DNA of 64,000 nt from the human T2T-CHM13v2.0 reference genome, Homo sapiens. How positions within the stretch are numbered: the first letter of the stretch is position 1; each line of letters opens with the position of its first letter. The stretch lies in assembly GCF_009914755.1 (NCBI RefSeq), contig NC_060931.1. The stretch is one strand, 5' to 3'. The notes under the pieces were generated by a model. That model saw only the letters and a list, made by a program, of their open reading frames with translations. It was not told where the DNA came from and did no database searches. This document shows, one piece after another, positions 40,705 through 53,728 of this stretch. Position numbers and translations under genes: made by a program.

Positions 40705-41484
40705 TGTTATGGGTCGAATTGTGCGCCACCCCCCAAAACACACACACACAAAGATACGTTCAAGTTCCAACCTCCAATACCTCAGCACGTGAATTTATTT
40801 GGAAATAAGGTTGCTGCAGATGTAATTACTTAAGTTATGTTAAAATCATACTAGAGTAAGGTTGTTCCCTATTGCAGTATGACTGGTGTTCTTATAAGAT
40901 GACCATGTGGAGACACAAATGAGACAGCCAAGTATAATCGGGTCCCCAGAGACCCTCTAACCAGCCTGTGCACTGGGAGAATGGGATGGAGCTATGGAAG
41001 TTCCTGCCGTTTGCAGTGGGGAGCAGCCTGGCCTCTCCTTTTCCTGGGTGGTAACCTGGGATCCAGTCTGTAAGATGGGGGCCTGTTAACAGGAACCCCT
41101 CTTACTTTGCTGAGAGTCTTTTTCCTTTTTGCCAAATAAATTCTGTAACCACTCACCCTTCAAAGTGTCTGCGTGCCTAAATTAACCTGGTCATGTGACA
41201 AGAACCCAGATTTTCCTGCAACACAGAGACACAGAGAAAATGCCATGTGAAGGTGAAGGCAGAGACTAGAGTGATAGGTCTACAAGCCAAGAACTTCCAG
41301 CCATCACCAGAAGGTAGGAGAGAGGTCTGAGGCAGATTCTCCTCCAAAGTCTCTGGAAGAAACCAACCCTAGACACTTTAATTTTGGACTTCCAGTCTCC
41401 AGAGGTGTGGGAGAATAAATTTCAGTTGTTTTAAGCTACCCAGTGTGTGGTATTTTGTTAGGGCAGCTCTTGGAAACTAATACA
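40705..41484 (+). mobile_element. MLT1 (MaLR) LTR with nested ERV LTR
   Basis: tgttatgggtcgaattgtg...ttatttggaaataaggttgctgcagatgtaatt...ggaaactaataca. Confidence 0.8.
40920..41223 (+). mobile_element. ERV1-class solo LTR (subfamily not assigned)
   Basis: TG...CA termini (tgagacagcc...cctgcaaca), internal AATAAA, approximate 4-bp TSD caaa/caga. Confidence 0.7.
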
Positions 41485-42362
41485 TTGTATTTTCACATTA
41501 AAAATATATTTCAAAGTTCCCAGGAGTTGATGTTTCTGGTCTCTAATTTATTGAATAAATCACAAAATCTAAAATAAAAAAGTAGCCAAATAATTGTACT
41601 TTATATATTTCCTGGAAAAGTTACACTGGCGACACAATTCAAGTATAAAAATAAGGAACTCCTATTCAGAAAAGGAAACCATGTAGCATATCTAGTTGCA
41701 CCAACAGGTCAAAGATCAATCGTAAATGTCCAAGTACATTAAAAAAGGATGTGGTTTGTTCCAAGTTGGCCTGTAAGAATTTCATCCTGACCCTTTGATT
41801 CTCTTCCTTACTGGAAATTCTCCAGCATCTGAAGTGACCCTGCACATGGCTTCTGGGAAGACATTCTCATTCGTTCCATTTCACTCCAGAGCAAAGACGA
41901 GCTGACCTGAAATAAGACCTGACCCAGAACTTCTCTAGGGCAGAATACTGATAAACACAGATGGCTTCGTGAAAGACCATCTTTGGTTACAATTCTGCCT
42001 TCTACAAGTTAGGAATACAGTCTCAGAGTTTACAGAGCAATGTACTCTTGGGTACCTTCCTTGGGGACTGAGTTTGTATAGGATATTGAGCATGCTTGTA
42101 GGAGTTTTGGCTTTCTCAAATATGTTCCATATGATCAGGAGATGCCATAAATAAGGGCATAAAGGAACAATACATGGTAAACGGATTTTTTTTAAAGCTA
42201 ACAAAATGCAATGTTATCTTTCTAGTACTTTCTGGTTTTCATATAGTAAAAGAGAGTAAACTACAGAAAAATTTTCCTTCAGAAAAGTAATATGAGGTGG
42301 AATAGAACAGTGATAAGGAATTTCGAAGCCAGTCTGTCTGTTTTCAAACCTTGGTTCAACAA

Positions 42363-42715
42363 TGAGGAAGGGGTCCCCAGTGGGAGAGAGCCCCAGGTGG
42401 GGAAGAACAATGAACAGTTGTTCTGAGAAATGGGAAATCACAAGCAATGACTTCTTCCTGGCACAATGACCTTGTTCTGTGCGCACAATGACCTCCTTCA
42501 GCACAGCAGCTCCCCCCAGCACAACTCTATAAAACTTCGCTCCAGTTGCACCCTGCCTCTACACAGCCCCTTCTCTGCTGTGCTGCCGGTTGCAACTTTG
42601 CAACGCATTTTCATACATACTTGCTCTAATAAATCTGCCTTTCTTTACCTACAACTGTCTTGGTAAATTACTTTACCACCTGTGACACCGGCCCCAGCTA
42701 GTTGCACTCGTGACA
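42363..42715 (+). mobile_element. Solo LTR (ERVL/MER-type) inserted in a MIR (~42290-42910)
   Basis: TG...CA ends, TATAAA at ~42528 and AATAAA at ~42628; MIR halves on both sides. Confidence 0.7.
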
Positions 42716-43969
42716 ACTAGCTGGTTGTACTTTTGGCCAATTATTAACCTCTCTGAGTACAAATTTCTTCATCCATAAAATTAGGATTAAAAACTGCACC
42801 CACTGCAAAGGATTACTTGGAAGGTTCAATGAGGCAATATATGAAAAGCATTTAGCCCAGAATGTTTCACATGGTTAAGTGCTTAATAAATACTAGTTAC
42901 TAGCATAATAATAACAATAATAATAATAAGTCTGTACAGACTAATACTTGAAGTAGCTATAAAAAATTCCAGCAGCGCTGATATTAGAGTTGGCCCCCTA
43001 AGGGTCATTTGGTTCACCTCATTAAATTAGGCAGAGAAGGAAAATTTCAGCTTCTTGAGTTGACCACTCTCACATTTAACATTTCTAATTAGAAAAACAA
43101 AATTCACTTAAGTTTTCTAGTCTGTTAAATAAATGGGTTGGATTAAGTAATTCTAAGGAGCTTTCCAAGTACAAAAAATTCCTATTTCTAACATCCTTTG
43201 TCAACCATAAATAAAACATTTTGCAGTCTCTGAATCATTTTCTCTCTTTCAATGAGTATTTCTACTATACCAGCTTCTGCCCCTTTTGATGAAAAATATA
43301 ACCTTTAGGCTAGTTTGGTGACTAAAGTCGTGTGTGTGTGTGCATGTGTATGTGTGTGTGTGCATGCACAGGCATATGTGGTGGTGGTGGTGCTGCGTTC
43401 CAAGAAAGCCTCACAGACTTGGGCAGCCCTAATACTGCAATTTCAGTCAAAGGGATGGGAAGTTTCCATACCACTAAAGTTTACTTGCATCAAACTTTTA
43501 GGTTTATCTGCTATGAAAGAGAAGAAAAGTATTATTTTGTGGAATATTCTAAACAGTTGATTTTTAAAGAGTCAAGTGTTGTGACATAACATTTGTTTTT
43601 AATGATATTAGCAAATATCATTGTTATGTTGATTAAGAAGATTTAGTTGTAGAAATCTCTTGGTATTTCCAAATCCACCTGGGAGTAAGAAGTGAAATTC
43701 AGCAACGCTCCAGCATTCTGGCACAAATCCTTCCTTCTCCTCCCCTGGGTACCTTTGCTGGTTGTCCAGGAGATGGCACTGTTGCTTCAAGGGAATGGCT
43801 TCCACGAGGCCCAGGAAGAGAGCCTGGGGGCAAAGGGGTTGAGGGTTGGGGATAATATACGGCAGTCAGAAGTTAAAAGAGAAGCAGTGAGAAAAGTCTT
43901 GTTTAATGAACCTTAGGAATAATGACAAAACATGTTTAAATAATTGTCTTCCTCAATTTCCCTTTATAG

Positions 43970-44460
43970 GGGCGAATGTGAACATGAAGACCAACAACCA
44001 AGATGAGGAGACGCCCTTGCACACGGCTGCCCACTTCGGCCTTTCGGAGCTGGTGGCCTTCTACGTGGAACACGGGGCCATAGTGGACAGCGTGAATGCC
44101 CACATGGAGACCCCCCTGGCCATCGCCGCCTACTGGGCCCTCCGCTTTAAGGAGCAGGAGTACAGCACGGAGCACCACCTGGTCTGCCGCATGCTGCTTG
44201 ACTACAAAGCCGAAGTCAATGCCCGAGATGACGACTTTAAATCTCCCCTCCACAAGGCAGCCTGGAACTGTGACCACGTGCTCATGCACATGATGCTGGA
44301 AGCTGGCGCCGAAGCCAATCTCATGGATATCAACGGCTGTGCTGCCATCCAGTACGTGCTGAAGGTCACCTCCGTGCGCCCTGCTGCCCAGCCTGAGATC
44401 TGCTACCAGCTCCTGTTGAACCATGGGGCTGCCCGAATATACCCTCCACAGTTCCATAAG
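43970..44460 (+). CDS. ASB4: ASB4 coding exon 3 (ankyrin repeats, G163-K326, includes N246)
   Basis: Acceptor ttccctttatAG at 43969; 491 nt with [24 protein letters not shown] motifs; donor AAG|GTGAGG at 44460/44461. Confidence 0.97.
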
Positions 44461-44532
44461 GTGAGGCTCTGCCCAGTGGTCAGCAGGTTGAGGAAGATTC
44501 AAATGGCAGCCTTGTCTGAAATCTCCAAGTAA
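44461..44532 (+). CDS. ASB4: Alternative C-terminus of short ASB4 isoform (intron 3 read-through, 349 aa, no SOCS box)
   Basis: In-frame [23 protein letters not shown] after K326 gives 349 aa, matching my recollection of an annotated short isoform; AATAAA at 44933-44938. Confidence 0.75.
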   Translation: MRLCPVVSRLRKIQMAALSEISK

Positions 44533-44889
44533 CTCAAGCTTGCTTGAGGCTTGAGTCCTGGGCTAACTACCTCTGATCCTCTTTGACCTTCCATTACATA
44601 CCTAATCCTAGCTGTCTCCTCATCTCATCCTAGTCTAGGTTTGCTTGAAATTGGGTGTGAGAGCTAGAATGAGAAAAAGAGTAGCAAATAATTTGTTTTG
44701 CCTTGTGTGAACACCAGTGCACTGGTGGCTTCCTGAGGGACTGAGGTAAGTCTGCCAGAAAGGTGAATAGTGTTAGACAGGCATACATTTGCCATCTTTT
44801 AAACAGAATGACTGATCTAAAGATGACTCAGCCTGCTTTGAAATTAGCTTGTAGCCATGAAAGGGCCACCCGATTTTCCAGTTTAATGA

Positions 44890-45150
44890 AAGCTAACGTT
44901 TATTAAGTACTAAAATTATATTTATTATGTATAATAAATAAGCACACTGTTATAAGCATTTTGTATGTCTTCATTTAATTCTTACAACAATCATACGAGG
45001 TATATATTATTATTGTCCCTATTTGACAGAGGAGGAAACTGAGGCACAGTTAAGTAGCTTACCTGAGCTCCCACAGTGCCAGTGCCAGGATTCAACCTTA
45101 GATACTTTGGTTCCAGCATCTACTCTTATGATATCACACTGCACGGTTTT
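44890..45150 (-). mobile_element. MIR
   Basis: catttaattcttacaacaatc...tttgacagaggaggaaactgaggcacag core. Confidence 0.8.
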
Positions 45151-46336
45151 TCTTAACAACATTCATAATCTCAAACAGGCTGGTAGGGACCAGTTGCTAC
45201 CAGTATTGATATGACTAAGACATGGGACGTATCCTCAAGAAGCTTAGAATCTAGCAGATGAGACAAGCAAATAAAGGGGTAATTTTAATATGCTGTGGTA
45301 AATGACAAGGTAGAAGAATAATGAGTGCTACAGAAATATGGAAGAGAGTGAATTTTGCATAGTTTTATAGCTAGTAATTAATTTGGAGGCCAAAATGCAT
45401 TTTACCTGAAAATAAATCAAATAATACTATACTTAGGTTTCCCCCTTGCTCTAAAAATTTAATTAACAACAAGAAGAGTTTGAAGTATACAACAACTGAC
45501 TAATTAGGCCACAGAAAGCAAAGTAACAGATGTTTTTCTGAATTCACAGCTTAAGTTCTACGTCTTACCTGGGTAAAATGTCAGGGACTTGTCTGAAGTC
45601 CTGCAGTGTGAGGCTTAGTTAGAAGAAAAGTTCTACTAGAGAATTTAAGGGTAGTGCCTTCAGTCAGGGCAGATTCCAGATGGACAAACCAGAGAACTTT
45701 CAAATGAAGATTTGATGGGTTCAGCAATCCTGTGATCTCAATAGGAATTTTCTCTTGGTTATCAGGATGCTAATGGAAGATTAACTAATTCTTTTTTAAA
45801 AAATTATATGTAAAGCCCAGAATGTCATGAATTTTCCAAAAGTTTTTTAGGGAACTACAAATTATTAAGATGAGGAATAGAATAAGAATAATGTTACAGT
45901 AACTGTCCTGTGTTGAGCTCTAAATAGGTTTTATACAGACTATTTCATTTTATTTTTATAATAGACTCTGAGGTGGGCACTGGCATTACTCACATTTAAA
46001 AGGTGACTAAGCTAAAGCTAATAGTGTTAATATATTTTCATAAAGTCACACAGAGTAAGTGTCAAGTTCACTCATTTGTTTATTTAACAAATATTTACTT
46101 AACACCTCCGAAGTGTCAGGTACTGTTCTATTTGCTGGAGGTAGAGCAATGAACCAAAGGCCTTCATGAAAGATACTTTCTAGTGGGAGACAGGAAACAA
46201 ACAAAACAACAACCAAATAAATATACTCTGATATGTTAGGTGCTATGGAGAAAAAGCAGGGCAAAAAAAAAAAAAAAAGAGAATGCCAGATTATGTGTGC
46301 TACTTTAAGTTGATTAGAAAAAATAAGGATGTGGGG

Positions 46337-46738
<402 letters not shown>

Positions 46739-49700
46739 CTAAGCATGTTTGAGGGAGAGCAAGGAAGCCTCAGTGGCTGAAGTGGAGTGAGCAAGGGGAA
46801 GATAAATCCAAGAGGTATATATGTGGGTTGTTTGCAGACCATATATGTCGCCTTGTAAGCTGTGGGAATGTTCTTGGTGTTATACTCTGCATGGGAGAGG
46901 AAGTCACTGAAAGATTTTGAGTTGAGAAAAATAAAAGTCTGATTTATATTCTAAAATGGTCCTTTTGACTGCCTTTCAGAGAATAACTCTGAGTGGGGGG
47001 CTGGCAAATTTGCAATAATTTAGATGAGAGATGAGGGTAACTTAGATTCACAGTGGAATAGTGAAGGTGGTGAGAATCATGGACTTTGGGGTCAAACTTG
47101 GATTCTGTCACTTACTTAAGAGTGTGATTAAATAAACTGCTGAAAGTTTCTGAGCCTCAGTTTCTTCCCCTGTTGAATGAGTATACCCTGAATTTATGCC
47201 TTGGCAATGCGATGCAGACTCAGTCCTTCCCCAGAAGGAAGTTATTCCTACTCATAGCACATCACAAATATGCTCAAAGCTCAGAGGATGGTGCCAAACA
47301 TTTCTTTCCTCTTTCTCTTGGACTTCTTTCAGTCACAGCAGAGTCTCTTTCCCAGTTCCTCCCTTCAGTCCTATCCTACATCTATACACATCTCTCTCTT
47401 TGTTTACTTCCATCTTTTTTTCTTACCTACATCTTGCTAAGGGCTGGTCATTCTTCATGACGTTAGCTCTAGAAGACAAAAACATCTACCTCTGTAATAC
47501 AGCTCACTTCACAAAGCATAATTTTCTGCATATTGTCGTTCAAAGACTACTTTCCCTCCAGCGAAAAGGATGGACAGGGACACAGGGCATGAAGGTGCCA
47601 GAGAAACATACTCTATCACTTTATCCATGAATAGTAATAGCCTTCTTGTAAGGCTGTTTTGATAATTAAATGAGATAGCATTTGAGAAGTGGTTAGCATG
47701 GTGCCATGGGCATGGTAACCATTAAACAAATGATGGCTATGACTATTACTATTCTTAAACATGTGTTGAGCAGGAGAATTGGTGCTCCTGGGCCTGCTTT
47801 ACTATAGCAGTCTTCCCATCCAGGAGAGACAGTATGTGTGTGAGTCCCTGCCCAGAGACTAAATGTTGACTTGTATTCTGAAACTTGCTGTGGAATCTAG
47901 TAGTGGCATTCAACCCTAGTGTTCACTTTTCTCCTCCTCTCAACATGTGCTCTTGGTCCAGCATAAGCATCTCCCCTGCTGGCTTTTCTTGGTAGCTCCA
48001 CCAGCCTGTAAAGTAGGCATACAATTTTGTGTTCCAACCAACTTTGTCCATGGTTAGCATTTTCTTATTCAGTTGTTTTGCTCCTTTGAGTTCCTTTAGT
48101 TTGGCTGTATGCTAAAGACATTTAGGATAGAGTTGGCTACTGGTAGATGGCTGGTATTACAAACATTTTTGTTGCTACTCAACAGACTGTGTAGGAGAGC
48201 TGGCCCCCCTCCAAAGGAAAAGTAAAGAAAAACTATTCAATTTACTATGCAGATGCTTCAAAGTGATTTAGAACAACTACTCCACAGCCCGACTTTCCAA
48301 AGAGAAAGTCATCTTTACGACAAGTAAGTGACTGACTCATTTATCCAGAAGATAAAGTGATTCGTTCTTGTGTGGATGGGGAATTCAGTTTCCTTATTTA
48401 CAAGGAACAAGGTCAGAGCTGAAGATGTTTTCTTCCAAATACAAAGCCAATTTGTAGAGGGTGTATTTCACTGAAAGCCAATGTGTAAATTACATAAGTG
48501 GGGGAAAAAAGAATTATAGGGTCTGCAATTGCTTTCCAGGGTACAAAAGGACATTTGATTTTTTTTTCTCCCAGCGTAATTCAGAAGAAAGTGACACCCC
48601 AGGGAGCCAAGATTGGGTTTTCTTGTAGGGCAAGAAAGACATTTTTCTAGAGGAGGAAAAGGTAACACGAGGGTTTGGGAGAGGTAAGGATGATTTCTGC
48701 CATTGAACAATGCTGTATATGAAGGTAGGCAGTTCTCTTTGATCATTAAGTACCTTTCTGAACACATATATATCAATATAAAAGAGTGGAAGTAGCTTGA
48801 GAATGTTTCTGCTGAAGTGGCTTACAGATGATGTTTGGATGAGAAGAGAGGCAGGGAGACTTACCTTGAATCTCTTTTTTAAGAGATTGTGTATTAATCC
48901 ATGCTTTTGGGGGTTGGATGGTGAGATGAGGTGTCTAAATCTCTCTTCAGTAGTCACCACAGTAGAAATAACTTTTTTGTCTAATTGTTCCTCCATGAAG
49001 GGAGAATAAGAGATGCCAGAGACTCATCAAGGTGAGCTTACTGAACATCTTCTGTTTTCTGGGCTGGCAAGGTCAAAAGGAGGCTGTGGTTTCTCCCTTT
49101 GGGGTCCACATCAGTCTGCTGTCTCATGTTTCCTTTGTCTTATGTTTTCATGAGGAAAATGCTGCTAAAATAAAACTCCCACTAATCTCTGTCCCTAACC
49201 TTCTCACTTCACTTAACAGATTGATGAGTTGGGAGGAGGAATTGACTTAGCTTGCTCAACCTTGGGTCTAGAGGATCCTTGAATTCTTTGTTCATTTATG
49301 TGGCAGGCTTCCAGTAATAAACTCTGTCTGCCAGGGAGAGGCCTGCAATTTTAGGGTATAAATTCAGTTTGGGGGTAGAATGTTAGAAGCTGTGTATGGC
49401 CCCCTAACTAAACATATGTAATCTATTTTATCAGTAGTAAAGATGATATTCTGATCTCTGATTGTCATCTTCATTTCATTTTTTAATAGGTCCTACACTA
49501 AAAAGGGAAAATTACTTATTGGGCTTCTAACACTCTTCGTGCTGTGACACCAAGGGTCTTAAAGATGAGGACAGGGCAGCCCTAGCTACAACTTTTCGTT
49601 TATCCTTTATTTATCCCCCACAATCTGTTCCTTACCTGTTTCAGTCCACCCAACTCCCAGTGACTTGACCTTCTAATTCAATCTGCTGGTATTTAATCTG

Positions 49701-50220
49701 TCTTCATCTCTTGATCTTCATGACCCCCTTGATAATCTCACTTTGAATGCTTTCTTCATTTGGTATCTTTCACTCTGACATGTCTGGTGTTTTTTTGACT
49801 TTGGAGTCATGCAGACTTGAGTTTAAATCCTGACTCTACCATTTCCTAGCTAAAAGACCCAGAGGTTAAATTTTCTCAGCCTTTGGTCTTAAATCTCTGA
49901 AATGGGGATGAATATAGGACCAACCTCATAGGATTGTTCAACGGCTGAGCAAGTTAAAGTATATGAAGATTTAACACAGTCCCTTGCACATAGTAAGTCC
50001 TCGAAAAATGGTAGCTATTATTTTCCCTTCTTCCTCTCTCGTGCCTATTAGGATTTCTGAAGCTGTAGGTAATGATCCTCTATCTTTTCCATTTATACCC
50101 ATTTAGACTGTCACTGAACTTCATGGCTTCTGCCAGCACATACTTTGATGACACATAATAACTCCATCTTAGCTTTCTAATGGGGAGCATCTATTGTGTA
50201 CATTTTTTGCTGACATGAAT

Positions 50221-50511
50221 GGCTGGGCGCGGTGGCTTACACCTGTAATCCCAGCACTTTCAGATGCCTAGGCGGGCGGATTACTGGAGGTCATAAATTC
50301 AACACCAGCCTTACCAACATGGTGAAACCTCGTCTCTGCTAAAAATGCAAAAATTAGTCAGGAATTGTGGCATGATTTGTAATCCCAGCTACTTGGGAGG
50401 TGAGGCAGGAGAATCGCTTGAACCCAGGAGGTGGAGGTTGCAGTGAGCTGAGATTGCACCATTGCACTCCAGCCTGGGCTAAAAACGTAAAACTCCATTA
50501 AAAAAAAAAAA
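50221..50511 (+). mobile_element. AluS-like
   Basis: Dimeric Alu with A tail. Confidence 0.92.
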
Positions 50512-52380
50512 GATGAACTATCCTCCTCCTCATTATCTGTCCATCCCAGATTAGTATGTTCCTTATTTCTGTCAATCAGTGGCAACTCTTGTTTGTCCTC
50601 TATCTCTGGCTTCCAAGTTGTATTCTTTCTTCCTCCTATCTGATTAGTATTAAGCCCTATACTTGTTTCTTCTCCCAGCTTCAGCCACCCCTCCTTCCCA
50701 GCACTAGCCCTGACACCAGCCTGGGAGCCGGTTGGTGCACTTCCCATTAGCCTCCCCTCCACTCTCTGCCCTCGATGCACTTGTCTTCTCCTCTGTGGGT
50801 TGCTGATGGTGCTCAAGGATCACCTGATGATCTTTATGTTAGTCTTTTATTATTTACTGACTTATATTGCTCTCTAACTCTTTGAAATTATTTGTGTCTT
50901 TTCTCTTCAACTAGGTTGTAAACTCCTTAAAGACAAAAAACAGGTCATAAATCTCCCAGAATTACTGTCATAGTACTAAACCCAGTGCTCAATAAAGGCT
51001 TCTTAATGGAATGGATAGGTTGAATATCATCCCTTCTCGTTAAGAGTGTATAATAGCCTCTTCTTGCCTGTCAAGTCAATCCCAAGCTCTTCAGGCTGAC
51101 TTCCAGATGTGCTGCCAGCTGGCTTCATCTTACCAGCTCTGACCTTTAGCCCTGCCCTGACTCCATCCAGGTTGGCCTCTTTACTGTCAACACACACAGA
51201 CACACTCACTCACACACACACACATGCACATGCACACACATGCGCACACTCTTACTTAGTTGGATATTAAGATCATAACCTTTCTGTCTCTGTTTTATCT
51301 GTGATCCCAAGACATTAGGTCTTTACCACCCTACACTGAAAAAGGCAATGCTAGACCACCTATGAGGAAGGTTGTCGAGCAACACATTTCCCTATGGAGA
51401 GAAAGTCGGTTTTGTGATCTTTTGCTCAACAGTAATAGGTTGAGGTTGATACGGTCTGGGAAATTAGGAAGAAATGTCTTTGGAGAAAGTTGTTTAAGTG
51501 CAGAGGCATGCCTCTCTTCTAATGCCTCACCTAACACCAAGTGAAAGGGGCTTTAGGAGGACCCCCTCAGAAAGGTTGATTTATGTTCTCCGAAGTTTCA
51601 TGGGAAAAATGGAACTGATACGAAACTCATGATGAACAAATTTAGAAGAGCAGATCTGTGGCTGGAGCTGCTTGTTGGGTGGCAATGGAAAGAAAGATGA
51701 TTAAACTGGGAGTCAGGAATGCCTTTTACTGGCCACACCAAAAGTTGGTTAAGTGTATAAACATCCATGTAGTTTAATCTAAATGTTAAAGCTAAATCTT
51801 TCTATCTCCTGAAGGAGATTCTGGCCATCTTGACTAAGCTTTCAAGTATTTTTGGTTGGTTAATAAACTATTAAACAGAGTGTGCTAAGAGCTAACTGAA
51901 TTTCATGTCATCTTTCATTTGTTAATGAAAGGTAAAATACCAATAAGTGTGGTTTAGTACATGACACCAGCCCTCTGCAGGCATTGGACTGGGAAGATAA
52001 CTTGGCTCAACTTGCATGTTACTCTGTAGTTTACTTTACCTCGTGGTCACCAGTGAATCTAAGTTGATTGACTAACATTGAATTTTTTGATAAAATGTTC
52101 TGTAGAGCTGGAAGAGTTTTCCAGGCAGCTGGGAATGTATTCTGTGTCCAGTCTGTCTCTAAATTGCTTCAATTATGTACAAAGGCAAAGTAATTCTTCA
52201 ATTCTCATCTTCTTTGTTAGTGCCTCTTTTTCACTTGCTCGTGGAAGGTGAAAGAAATTGGTTTGATTTTATTAATCTATCTATTTGCCATGGTGGCAGT
52301 GTACTGGAATACTCAAAGGCGTGAGACTTCTGAAAATCGTTTTAGCATTCCAGGGAGCTTAATAGGTCTGTGGGTTCTGG

Positions 52381-52508
52381 TTTTTTTTTTACAGATAGGG
52401 TCTTGATGTGTTGCCCAAGATAGCTTTGAACTCTTGGGCTCAAGCAATCCTCCTGCCTCAGTCTCCCAAGTAGCTGGGATTACAGGCACATGCTACCATG
52501 CCCACTGG
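52381..52508 (-). mobile_element. FLAM-type Alu monomer
   Basis: ~125-bp antisense monomer 87 nt upstream of exon 4. Confidence 0.8.
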
Positions 52509-52594
52509 TCTGTGAATTCTTGATGTCTCTGTGAGCAGAATGAATGAACCATATATGTGCATCAAACAGATGAAACTCTGTGCTTCCTCTGCAG

Positions 52595-52708
52595 GTGATA
52601 CAGGCCTGCCATTCTTGTCCTAAAGCAATTGAAGTTGTAGTCAATGCCTATGAACACATCAGATGGAACACAAAGTGGAGAAGAGCTATCCCCGATGATG
52701 ACTTGGAG
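52595..52708 (+). CDS. ASB4: ASB4 coding exon 4 (V327-E364)
   Basis: Acceptor cttcctctgcAG at 52594; 114 nt [10 protein letters not shown]...DDDLE; donor GAG|GTAAAT; phase 0-0. Confidence 0.95.
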
Positions 52709-53728
52709 GTAAATAATCGATTCCCTTCTAATAGTTTTCACTATCAAGTACTTCCAGACTGCTCTAGAAGTACAGAAAATTGTAACAAAAAAGTTGGTTT
52801 TGAGAATGCCTTTAAAGCGTACTCAAATGCAATGAGACAAAGGGTTATAAAATGCAGGTTTGAGAGTTAATATTTCCATCAAATATGTGGCATTAAGGAG
52901 TGTCTTGGGGAATTCCTCCATTTAAGGGCAAGTTGAATTAAGTATATAAAGGTGGCAGTTTTCCTTTCTTCTCATTAATTTAGATGAGTTAAATGATAAC
53001 ATTTGGAATTGCTTATATAGCATTTTTACCAGAATATTAAAGCGTTTTGTGTAGATTATTTCATTTACTTTTAAATATCATGAAGTGACTATTAGGCAGG
53101 AAAGAGTTTTAAAAACCCTGTCTTGGGTCCTACAGAAAACCATTGGCAGAGTCAAGTTCTCACTTGCAGACTTTCAGACTTTGCTACCAATGTATACCAG
53201 TCCTTCCCACTGAACACCCTTGGTTCTTGGTTTTAGATGTCAAAGTCTGTCTGTAACACATGGAGAGGTATCAGGCACAGGGTGCAAAGTTCACTGGGCT
53301 TGGAGGTCTGTGGCTTAGGTGTAATCTTATTCTGCTACTTATTGGCTGTGTTACTTTTAAAAGTCACCTAACTTGAGTGAGCTGCATTAATCCTTCACTT
53401 CCATTAAATATCTGAATATATGCATCACACCAAGCACATAATGTGTTTAAAATTGCTATTTTGGTTTAGATTCATCCAGGCACTTCACACTTGCATATTT
53501 TATCTTATCTCCTGGGTTCTGAATTGTAGAATGTTATTTCCCCTCCCCTTTCCTTGTATACCACCGCCTCACTGCTCCCATTTCAATATTGCGTTTAATT
53601 TTTGCCTCACCAATAGAGACCCTAGGAAGCTGCCATTACGTATAGAGGTTAGTTGCAGCATTGCTGATTTTTATTGATGTAAACTGTGGGGCCTTGCTAA
53701 CTTTAATTTGTCTTGCCTTCCTTTTCAG

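Noticed and set aside
43936-44502. 188-aa antisense ORF over exon 3
   Set aside because: Shadow ORF expected from the exon's GC-rich codon bias; it coincides with the exon and has no independent gene signals.
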